This document shows positions 38,854-50,154 of a stretch of DNA of 64,000 nucleotides, piece by piece. A program made the translations under genes and the position numbers. The notes under the pieces are model-generated. The model made no database searches and was not told the DNA's origin. It saw only the letters and a list, made by a program, of their open reading frames with translations. This DNA is from Syncephalis fuscata S228 (taxonomy: Eukaryota; Fungi; Zoopagomycota). How positions within the stretch are numbered: position 1 is the stretch's first letter; every line of letters begins with the position of its first letter. Location of the stretch: the NCBI GenBank assembly GCA_025786725.1, contig JAHLTZ010000029.1, positions 186,001 to 250,000 on the forward strand, in the 5' to 3' direction.

Positions 38854-41000
38854 TCAATTAAAAGTCGAATAAATTGAGGCATGACTAGAACTTGACATAT
38901 GGATAGAATCAATGGCAGCCGTTGAATGGTCTTGTTCTTTGCGGAATATGCCTGAAACGTACCAAACTAGTAGTCCAATTACAATGCCAATGCTAATTTT
39001 TTGGAAACACCGATATTCTATATTGTAAATAGATAAGGTGCATATCATGTAATTAGCGCATACTCCATTAGTACAAAATGCTACCTACATACCATTAGTA
39101 TTAATTTGTTGATACACATAGTGAATAGTATGTGGTTAGCGTATAAATGATCAATATAAAATTACACCTACCTTATATTAATATTAAGTTATCGATATGC
39201 ACATAGTACATAGCACATAATTAATATATAGATAATTGGCATTCAATACACTTACTTGCTATCGATATTAAGTTGCCGATACACATACAGTAAATAACAT
39301 GTAATTAGTATGTAGTCGATTGATATGCAATGCCACTTACCACCTATTGATATTAAGTTATTCGTACACATAATAAATACCATGTAATTAGTTGATGGCT
39401 AATTGGCATGCAATGCTACTTACGAACTATTAATATCCAGTCGTTAATAAACATATTAAATAATATGCAATTAGCACATAATCAATTAATATATAATGCG
39501 GCTTACTATATGGTACTATTAAGTTGTTGGTACACGCAATGTCCATTATGCAATTAGTGTATAGTTAATTAATATAAAACTACACCTACCTTCTATTAAT
39601 ATTAATTTGTTAATAAACACATTACATAGCATGTAGTTAGTATATAGTCAATTAATGTACAGTACTACTTACCTTCTATTGATATTAAGTTTTTAATTAG
39701 CACAGTACACAGTATGTAATTAGCTTATAGCTAATTGGCATACACTACTGCTTACCACCTATTAATATAAAGTTTTTAATCCAGAAAGATGCATAGCATT
39801 TAATTAGTACATTGCTAACCAGTATGCAATACCACTTACCGGCTATTATATTAAGTTGTTGAAATGCGTATTACATAACATGTAATTAGAGTATAATCAA
39901 ATAATATAAATTGGCACTTACTTCCTATTGATATCAATTTATTTATACACGAAATGCATAGCATGTAATTAGTGTATAGCAGATTAATATGAAATTTTAC
40001 TTGCTGGCTGTTAATATTAAATTGTTGCATAAAAAATTGTATATAACATGCTTAGCACATAACTATCCACTATATAATGCCACTTACTATCTATTTTAAT
40101 AGTTTTTTGATACACACAGTGCGTAGCATGTAATTAGTGTATAACTAGTTAGCCTAAAATAACACCTACCGTCTATTAATATTGCATTTTTAATTTACAG
40201 TACATAGAATGTAGTTAGTATATAGCTGATTTTTATATAATGCTACTTACACTCTAATAATATTTAAAAAAATTATATAAATAGTACGTAGAATATAATT
40301 AGCTTACAGTCAATTGACATAAAATATCACTTACCGGCTATTAATATTAAGTTATTAGACATACAAAACACGCGGCGTGTAATCAGTATATATTTGCCTA
40401 ATATAAATTTTGCTTACGAACTATTAATATAAGTTATCAAATACACACAGTGTATATATTTTAATTAATATTTAGTTACTTAACATGTAATATTACTTAC
40501 GAGCTATTGATATAAGTTGTTAACAATACAACGCGTGTAACATAATTAGTACATAAACGGCTGATACAAACTATAACTTACGATCTATTGATGTTGGTTT
40601 ATTAATTAATTAATTAATTAATTAACTAGCCATTTACAATATCATTTACCTTTTGTTAATTTAAATCCAAAATATTAGTATCATCGATGTAGTATTTAAT
40701 TTGCTATTTCACGCTAAACCTACCTGTATCTGACAATGCTAATTTAGATTAAAATTGGCATTTATCGTTTTTATTAAATAGACAGTAGAATACAGTAAGT
40801 ATTGGAGCAGCATTTAGAATCACGACTTACGTTCTAATAATACAAGTAGTTAAGCATAGTGTGGTAAGCATAAAACAATTGTATATTTCTTCTAATCGCA
40901 ACATACCACGACGAATTAAGGCTGGCTTAGCATCCACTATAACCATATTGGCTATCAAAGCCACGAAAATGGTGCAGATGACGGCAATAGAAAGCTTCAT
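38854..41000 (-). CDS. Micro-exon gene encoding a predicted 110-aa type-I membrane protein (signal peptide, RR, micro-exon-encoded ectodomain, TM, tail)
   Basis: Exon 1 is 41000-40907 (MKLSIAVICTIFVALIANMVIVDAKPALIRR+G). Micro-exons by first base: AAC 40833, 15 nt 40738-40724, ATC 40584, CTC 40503, TTC 40420, CCG 40337, AGT 40253, ACG 40172, ATA 40090, CCA 40007, GAA 39924, CCG 39842, GTG 39758, AAG 39675, AAG 39592, 9 nt 39515-39507, TTC 39426, GTG 39343, CAA 39258. The last exon is 39017-38854. The total is 333 nt and stop-free: ..RR-EPLSDTDPLPEYDTRTGEEVPYIRAK-YRCFQKISIGIVIGLLVWYVSGIFRKEQ..STFN*. Confidence 0.8.
39018..40655 (-). repeat. Degenerate ~83-bp tandem repeat of ~20 units, each an ~80-nt intron plus a 3-nt exon
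   Basis: The plus-strand motif c(t/c)tac-NNN-ctattaatattaagtt..catgtaattag recurs every 81-85 bp. On the minus strand it reads GTA(A/G)G..CTAAT..AATAG|NNN|GTA(A/G)G. Confidence 0.93.
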
Positions 41001-42987
41001 GGTGCTATTAATCTGTTGAAACAAAAAAGTAGAATGGATGATAGGGTGCGATCAATAAAAACTAGGTAGATGTGCTTATTTGGTAGAAAGTGGAGCGTGT
41101 TGATGATACCGACAGCTATTTGCGTGGATTATTCAGTCTATTTAAGTCCATGGTTATGCTAAAATAACAAAAGAATGTATTGTAAAGGCTATAACGCTGA
41201 AATACAATGTAAATCAATAACAATATATCCACAGGGTGATTTGAAACGCGTATATTAATAGGTAAATGGTGTGAAAATATGCAGCTTGGTTCTTTGTTAT
41301 AACCTGTTTAGAATTTACACATGTGGTGCAACAATATCAATTATATAGCACATATGTTGTATAAATAGCATTAATCTGCATTGTACTATCACTCATTTCA
41401 ACAATGTTATGTTAAATGAACGTATTGATTCTATAGAACCAATAAAGGTAATATTGCTACATCTTTGTTCTTCTAAAAAAAACTTTCAATGGCAACACTT
41501 CCATGCGTTCAAACAAAGTATATTGACTATATTGTGACAATGCTAATACCTTGAAATTGTATTTTTGTGCAAGTATATACTGCTGTACATAAACCAGCCA
41601 TTGTTCCTTAGGCTATAAAATATACTGATTGTCCACAGGTTCTCTCAACTTTGTTGTAGCTATTTTTATAGAAATAATAAGCACTGTTTGTAGCGTAAGT
41701 CAATATGGTATTTGAATAATAAAATACTTTATTTCTACAGATGTCATGGAGCACTTAGTTTTAACTTGGCCTTAATTTATAAAATTACATGCAAATCAAT
41801 CCACAAACTGAAAAGCGTATTTATCGGGCAATTTCAGCCATATAATATTGATTTTGGGTGCACAGTGACAGTGGACTGCACATTAGCCAGTGGTCATTTA
41901 AAGTATAGTTAATTCTCAATGCCTTTGAGAAACAATCATAATAGCGTATTAAATAGCATTGTTCGCAAAAGAACAAGTCAAAACAGGAATTAATAGAAAG
42001 ACAGTTAAACATTGTATGAAAATACACAAACAACGACATTAGAACAGGTATATTGATATACAAAACCCTCTACTAATATAACTAATTCAGTAAACCCGTT
42101 AGTTTAGATAAGCATGGTATACCGTATATAAACAGCACAGTACATACAACAAATAAATAATATGATTGACTAAATGGGAAATAATAACTGCTACGCATGG
42201 CGGTTTGTCTGCATTGCTTAGCACTTGGAATATTTGTTAAAAGAATAACTAAATAGCGTATGATTTTGTGTGTGCGCAATAAATTATTCTTACAAAACCA
42301 ATGAATATAAATACAGATTATTCGATCTACAATCAATTGATGCTAAACTTTGCCAGATAACAGGAAAGGCCAATAGCAACTTTAACTTAATATTATATAT
42401 ATGCCACAATTAAGGTGCGTATAACCAATACCATACCATGTAACTATAGCGCTTTTTGATAATCCACAATGTGCACAATCTAAAAGTGTCATTTTTTATT
42501 ATAGCCTATTTCTCAATCGGCATTGCCTTCCGTATCGATACAGCAGTAAACCAGTTTTCCGCGTGTCGCCTTGATCATGCATCAATAGCTCAATGAGCCA
42601 TTGTTTTTTGCCAGCGCCTCTCTTTCCAACACCTAGCTAGCCTACATAATCTTTGATTCTCTATTTATCACTCATTACCTTATGTCTTGTTAATAGTCGA
42701 GATCAAAGTTTGTGTTTAAGCAACTAGTCGTATTTTCGTATATACCATCACTTTTAGTCTAATTATTGTAATTAAAAGTCGGACCTTTAGATAAATATCA
42801 CCGCCTGACAACACTTGTGGCACAATAGCAAAGCTGAATTTAAGCACTTTATATTTACTAAACTAATAGCCAGCTAGCTTTGCCACATTCGCCTCTATCA
42901 ATAGAACAGTCGCAGTCAAGCTATTACATACATACATACATATACTACTGTCAACATCGTTTATTCAATATTCTCTAAATTAGTGCC

Positions 42988-44312
42988 ATGTCTTTTCTTG
43001 AGCCGTATCAGGCATTAACAATTCTAATAACTCTACTTGCTTATATCACCTTAACTACTATAGTGGCTATTGTTATCCACATTTATTGGCAGCAAAAGCC
43101 ACCAGTATTGCGTCTACGCTCAATTGCATTTGCCTCTATCCCGGCAGTAACTGGTGCTTTACTTGTAGCCGCACAGCTGGTGCGCGAGTATATGCCACGA
43201 CAATTTCCATGCACTGCTATTTACTGGTCTTACTCGGTAATTGCACCGGCCTGGCTACTTGGATTGGTTATCAGTGTGCTACGCATGTGCTGGTTAATGC
43301 GTGATGAGGCAGTAAAGCGTGAAGCAGACGAAGCCATTAATGGCATGCGAATGAATACTGGTAAACAATTTCTAGATTGGATGCACAAATGGGATGCGCC
43401 AGATATCGAAGAGGATATCATCGAGATAGATCCAGAAACTTGTACCATTGCCGAAGAAACTGTGCCAGAGCCACCAGAGCCACCGGCACCATCTCCGTCA
43501 GCGGGTGTAAGAAGCCATCAACGCCAAGTCACATCACTATCGATTACCATTCCTACGCAGCGTGAATTACAGCGAACTAGAACGCAAACGTCAAGACCGT
43601 CACCTTACTGACGGGAAATACCATCGTGTCGCAAGGACCATCTCGTTCCATTCTATCGCGTATGGTGGATTCGCGACAATTATGGCTAGACTCAGATGCG
43701 CCACAGTCGGCCAGTCGCGTTACGTCCGATCATCTTGTTCAAGCAGATTGGTCGTTCCAGCGAAGCCACTGGTTTACCAAGCACTATCTGTTTCGTCTTT
43801 GGCTTTATGCAGCCTTGGCTCATTTCTGTCCAGCGTTTGGTATTCAGATCATTACAAGACGCTACTCAGTCTTTCCGGTTGTATATGGTAATTGTAGCGG
43901 CGGTACCGAATTGGCACCCTTTTTCGTTTTTGGCATGTTCTACTTTTTAATAGCCATCATTGTTACATGGCGACTGGCCTACGGAAACGCAAGCTCTGGG
44001 TCCGACATGACCAATGCAGCAATACGTGCCCATATGCCAAAATTCATTCACTGGGAAGTGACGACACTCTCGCTTGCTCTGGCATTCTGTTTAGGCGGCT
44101 TTGCCATTGGATTTCTATGGGATGGACCACCCTTCTCGCCCGATCTATTTCTTACGGTAGCAGTGGTGGCAGTACATACCATTCATTTGGTGATTCCCAC
44201 TATATTTGCAATTACTACAGGGAAGCACTCTATTGCATCGACATCATCTAAAGAGTGTGGTTCGCCATCTGCAAATAACGCACGTGCCTCTATGGCAACG
44301 ATTACATTTTAA
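42988..44312 (+). CDS. Multi-pass (about 7 TM) GPCR-like membrane protein, intronless, one frameshift near 43600
   Basis: ORF 42988-43611 has three hydrophobic helices with LRLRS and FPC motifs. ORF 43626-44312 has four helices with a loop Cys (GNCSGGTELAPF). A long intracellular loop lies between TM3 and TM4. Confidence 0.65.
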
Positions 44313-44465
44313 CATATTACATACATTATCATAGTATAGCTTTATTATATTCTCGTGTATGATCCTAACCTTTTACATAACGAATACAACTGTAAATTTA
44401 ATACCACATTGATTTGATTTAAACAATATTACAATGACTGCATAACATGTTTATTATATACGACA

Positions 44466-45742
44466 TTAACCTGTCTGCTCATCTTCTGGAAATATGAATG
44501 CTTGTGGCTCTTCTCCGTGACGGGCATAGCCTCTGTACATTCCGGGCGTATTAAACGCATAGTAACTAAAATAGTGCGTTATTTACAGCCTGATACAAAT
44601 ACAAATTTAAAAACTTACAATTGCCTTCACTATCGATGGCAATTAAGCCACCGGCACCATCAACTTTAAATAGTTCGTCCACTACTGTCTTTGCTGCTAC
44701 TTGTATATTTTCATTGCAGTATTTCATACGAGCAAACACATCATGCCCAACCGCATACTTTATAAAATACTAAAACACAGTTAACAACACTAATCTACTC
44801 TATAGGCTATAAATTTACCTCTCCATTTCCTGTACAGCTTATCCCGCATTGATTACCGATAGGCGCATAGCTTCCTGCGCCCAAGATAGGTGTATCGCCA
44901 ATTCGTCCATCCCATTTATTATTTCGTCCGCCTGTTGATGTGGCTGCAGCAATATTGCCTAGTCCATCTAGCGCAACTGCACCTACTGTTCCTTGAGGGG
45001 CTGCTTCATAGTCAGCGCGACCATTCTTATTCCAATCTACGACGACAAAATCATCATCAGCATCATCATTACTATCAATAATATTGATTTCATTGGAATA
45101 ATCAATGGCTGTTTTTCCATTCACTGATTGCTGGCTGCTATTTAACTCTTTGTCGTGGTCTTCAACATGCTGACGCCAACGCAATGGTGTCCAGAAATAG
45201 TTAGGTTTAACCAGTGGTAGTTTCTGCTTTGCCGCAAATTCCTCGGCTGCATCGCCACCAAGGAAAAGTGAGGTGAATTCAGTAGAACTTCTCGAGCCAG
45301 ACTAATTGGATTGCGTACACGATGGATTAATGTCGCCGAACCTGCCATTCCTGTCCTTCCATCCGCAATACATGCCTCCATTTCGTTCTATTGTTGTGAC
45401 AAATGGTTAGAACCAATATCGATGTATACACCATCGCTTACCTTACCACCAATAGTAAATACAGAACCTTTACCACAATTAAATAACGGGCAATCTGGTA
45501 TTTAATACTGTTTATTATTAAAGTGTATTATTTCCAGTAAACTAACCTTCCATAGACATAACTGCCGCTTCTACCGCAGACAGTGCCGAACCTCCCGACG
45601 ACAATACAGCCATCCCAGCTTGTAACGAAGCCAAGAGTGCATTTTTAAACTCGGCCTGTCGTTCTGGTGGGAAGCGTTTACGTAGAATGGTGCCTGCACC
45701 TCCATGAATAACCAATACTGGTTTAGTGGTCCAAGACTCCAT
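44466..45742 (-). CDS. Isoaspartyl peptidase/L-asparaginase (Ntn-hydrolase, ASRGL1/IaaA family)
   Basis: [38 protein letters not shown] and [34 protein letters not shown] with the nucleophile Thr. Confidence 0.93.
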
Positions 45743-45997
45743 GTTATTTAACAGAAAAAACTTATAAACAGCAATAAATAGAATAAATAGTTGGTAAAGT
45801 CGTAGGAATAATGCTAATAGACAGTAACTTGAACAAAAAGACTACGTATTTCATTGGTTAACAAAAGTCCGTTTTCAATTAGTGTAACTTGATTGGATGC
45901 GTACTGCATTATAATGAATTTACTAAAATGTTCATTATTCGTTATTTTTTGTTGAATTTGGTATTTGCTTTATTGGACAATAATAATACTAATCAAT

Positions 45998-48214
45998 ATG
46001 GCAAATAGAGGTGGTGCTGTTTTGTCTTGTGCTTTTAGTCGACTTCACCGGCAATTCATACAAGTACACAGCCGACGTGGTAAGATCACGAACAATATAT
46101 ATATATACGTGTGTAGAGATAGTAATATAGCTATCAATGTCATATTTAGCATACTCCGTTGCTATTAATAATGTTTTAGCACGGCACAGCTCAAATATCC
46201 GACTTGTAAATGGGATTATGAAATTAAGCGATATAGCGAATTTAAGACGTATGTCAACGACAAAAGCCGGTCAACCACTACCAGAAACACATCCACATTT
46301 AATGCATGTTGGAGAAAGTAAGATGTAGGTTATGTTTGATCTATCATCTAAACGATTATATATAGTCACTCCTGGGATTACTAAAGAAGAGTATGAGGAT
46401 AGAAGAGCACGATTATTTGCCAAATTACCAGTAAATTCAGCTGTTATTATTCCTGGCTATCGTACACGCTATGCTAGTTGTAATGTTTTGTAAGATTAGA
46501 TTCATTACAATGTTACGATTATTTATAGCACTAATACCTACAATTGATTTAGTTATCCATTCCGACAAAGCAGTGATTTATTCTATCTTACGGGTAATGT
46601 TAAGTAGCTACTGTTGGAATATAGTCTTATATAGTGTGGCATAGGTTTTAATGAGCCCGATGCAGTGGCTGTGTTGGGTAATTTAATAAAATACAACGGC
46701 AATTATATACTAATTGATGGCGATTTAGAAAAGATTGGAGTACATCAGCATAATCCGATAGAGCGGTTTCGAATGTTTGTTCGACCGCGCGATGAACATG
46801 CCGAGCTATGGGATGGACCTCGTACAGGACTTGAAGGAGCACGACAAATATTTGGTGCCGATGAAGTAGGTTGCGTAAATAATAGCAATTAGTACTAATT
46901 TTTGGCAGGCGATAGATTCTAGTTTATTTGCCTTAGAGTTTCCTAAGATTTTAGCACAATTTAATTCGGTTTATTATGATCTACCGAAAGATACTAATTT
47001 GTTTGGAGACAATGTATTTCGTCAACGGCACAAAGCATCAGGTAAATGTGGAAAGCGTAGTAAATACGTATTAATTGTATTTGGATAGCAAAACAATATC
47101 CATTAGCATCCATTTTACATCAAATGCGACAGATCAAATCACCAGCAGAAATCAGTTTAATGCAACGGGCAGGTGATATTACAGGCGAGGCATTTCGACA
47201 AGTAAGTCATCATTAATGGGATGCTACATTTAGACTTAAGAAACATTAGGTGATTCGATCGACACAACCTGGTATGCTGGAACGTGAGCTTGATGCACGT
47301 ATGGATTTCGAATGTCGACGGCGCGGTGCAGAACGTCAAGCCTACGTGCCAGTAGTAGCAGGTGGACGGAATGCTTTAACGATGCACTATGTCCAAAATG
47401 ACATGTTACTTCGGTAAGTGGTATAGCATGCAATAACTATAGACAACTAATAATTTAATGAATAGATCGGGAGACTTGGTATTGATGGACGCAGGCAGTG
47501 TAATTTATTTTGTAGTAAAATATTTAGTATTTACTAGTAATTATAGGAATATCATGGCTATGCTAGCGATGTAACGCGTACCTGGCCAGTCAATGGTAAA
47601 TTTACTGAGTCACAACGACAACTCTATCAAGCTATTTTAAATGTACAAAAAGTTTGCATTGAGGTTAGTATTCTTTAATTACTTAAAATGAATGCTAATA
47701 AGTAGCATTAGATGTGCACTGAGGAGAATAACATATCACTTAATGCAATTCATCGTCAGTCAGTCATGACATTAAAAGAGGAATTGGCTAAACTTGGATG
47801 GTCGCCAAATATTTATGTATGTGTATGTTGAAATTCATCCAACTGCTGTATTCACCCACTTAATAGGATATTGAAAATATACTCTATCCACATCATGTGG
47901 GACATTATCTTGGGCTGGACGTTCATGATACATTTGTGATGAGTCGATCTGTACCTCTAAAGGCTGGCACTGTAGTAACAATAGGTAATTAATTATAATT
48001 TATAACATAGTATAACAAACCATGTGTAGAACCGGGAATCTACGTACCTGATTCACAAAAATATCCCGAACCATACCGCGGTATTGGTATCCGTATCGAG
48101 GACGATATTCTAGTCGGTCAACATAGTCCTATCGTGCTATCCGAACGAGTACCAAAACAAATTGATGAACTTGAACAGATTTTATCCGAAAAGGACACAT
48201 TTCAAGACGATTAA
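45998..48214 (+). CDS. ICP55: Mitochondrial Xaa-Pro aminopeptidase / intermediate cleaving peptidase 55
   Basis: [108 protein letters not shown]. The exact start is uncertain. Confidence 0.92.
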
Positions 48215-49161
48215 ATAATAAATAAACATTATTTTGGCTAAATAACTGTTTTATTATCTATAATAAAGATGTATAATACTTGGATGAGTATTGCAAAATA
48301 CAACCTGGCTGAGCTGTACTTTGTCTCCTACATCTGAAATCCCCAAAGCAGCAATTCATTTTACGCAATCAATTGTAGTGATTTAAATAGTTGACGAGTT
48401 GATTAATTAATTTGTGTTTAAATAATCATTCACAATAAATATTAATATAATATAATATCATTATTATTTCCATAAAGTAGAATTGAATGTAATAGAACAT
48501 TGTATTAGTAGCTGCTATTTTAAACATTTAAATAAATAATGTAACATACTATTTGATTTCATTAAGATATTTGAGGTCAATTATTATTGTTGGCCATGTG
48601 TAGAAAAATTGATCAAATATTAATAGAAGCCATATGATTGTAATTCCATGTCATTACGCATTAATTGTTGTTACATCTATGTACAACATGGATTATTGCA
48701 TCTGAATGGTATATTATATTTTGGGCATATTTGTGATGTAAGATCAATATTAATATAATTATTATAAATATTGTTTATTAAATTGCCACTTCTTACTATA
48801 GTCAATCTGATTAAATAAATGGCATTTTGAACAATCAATATCTAAATGACAATGTATATATTAAAGCAATAATAAAGATAACTAATTAATTACACTATTG
48901 TATCGATAATTACACATGAATTAAATAATATTGGATGCAATATTATACATGTTATGGTGATGAATGAATGTTTAACTGTATTTAAAAGTGTTGAAGGGTG
49001 AAATGGATAAATAAAAATACAGGAGCAAAAGTATAATAGCTCCTACAGTCCAGTCGAATTACGGCTAAACCACGATGAAACAAAAATGAAATAAAATACC
49101 TTTACCATTTTCTTTTTTTCTCTTGTCGTACATACTCGTTTCGGCCTCAATAGCTATCACC

Positions 49162-50154
49162 ATGAATTACAACAGTGACGACGAGCCCGTTCAACTATCT
49201 TCGCATGCCTTGGCCGCTTTGAAGGAATTTCTCGTCGAGGAACAAGAGCATGAAGAGAGATTTACCTTGTTGAAAGAAGCAGCGACCAAACGTTTTGACG
49301 AAGTTACTACGGAAGGTGGCGAAGGTAACACCGGTGATGACCCTTTATTTTCAATAGAGCTATTTAAAGAGGATTGGCAGGTAGGCGGGCCACACGATGG
49401 TGTATTTTTAATAATAAATAATTTTGTATTAATATGCTTGACAGCTTAGTCAGTTCTGGGTAAGTAATATCATGAATCAATCTAACGGTGCATAGACAAA
49501 GACACTTACGGACATGGTAGTATGACGATGATACAGCACGGAAACTAGCCCAGGAAGCAGTTAAACAAGCAGGAGATGGCCAGTTGATTGTTTGCATTAG
49601 TGCACCTAGTGTATTTATTATGCTTAAAGTAAGTATTGGTGTACAACAATGTATATCTAAAATATCAACCGGTGTACACAAACGCACCTGCACACAAATG
49701 GGCAGAAACTACGTGTTTCCAACCCCTTATTGTTATTAGAGTATGATGAGCGATTTGCCGTCTTTAAAAATGAATTTTGCTACTATGATTATAATGAACC
49801 GTTGGCGCCATTTACAGAGAATGAACACTTGCGTGGTAGTGCCGCCGTTGTTGTCGTTGATCCGCCCTTTTTGAACGAGAGCTGTTTTACCAAGATAGGT
49901 TTAACCGCCCGTACACTTGCCAATGAACAAACAAAATACATTGTTAATACAGGCAAGTTTAGCCAATATTCTTGTTCATGGCTAATGCTCACGGTTATTC
50001 GCTACTAGGCTGGAAGATACAAGAGATTGTGCTACGCGAATTACCGGTTTTCTTAACCGCCTTTGAGCCTCGACACCGCAATGGATTGGCCAACGATTTC
50101 CGGTGTTTTATAAACTATAATAGCGATGTGCTCGGATTCGCCTCATCTATTTAG
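49162..50154 (+). CDS. EFM5: eEF1A lysine N-methyltransferase (EFM5/N6AMT2)
   Basis: DDEPVQLSSHALAALKEFL, EDWQ-LSQFW-YDDDTA, LLEYDERFAVF..YDYNEPL, VVDPPFL, FEPRHRNGLANDFRCFINY. Confidence 0.93.

Noticed and set aside
39018-40655. Interpretation as a CRISPR array or plain minisatellite
   Set aside because: The context is eukaryotic with no cas genes, and there are no identical repeats with unique spacers. Conservation concentrates at splice donor, branch and acceptor signals, and the array is bracketed by in-phase coding exons.
41050-42950. Short ORFs and an isolated intron-like gtaagt..ctacag near 41695-41740
   Set aside because: No coherent spliced reading frame could be built, so it is treated as intergenic or promoter DNA.
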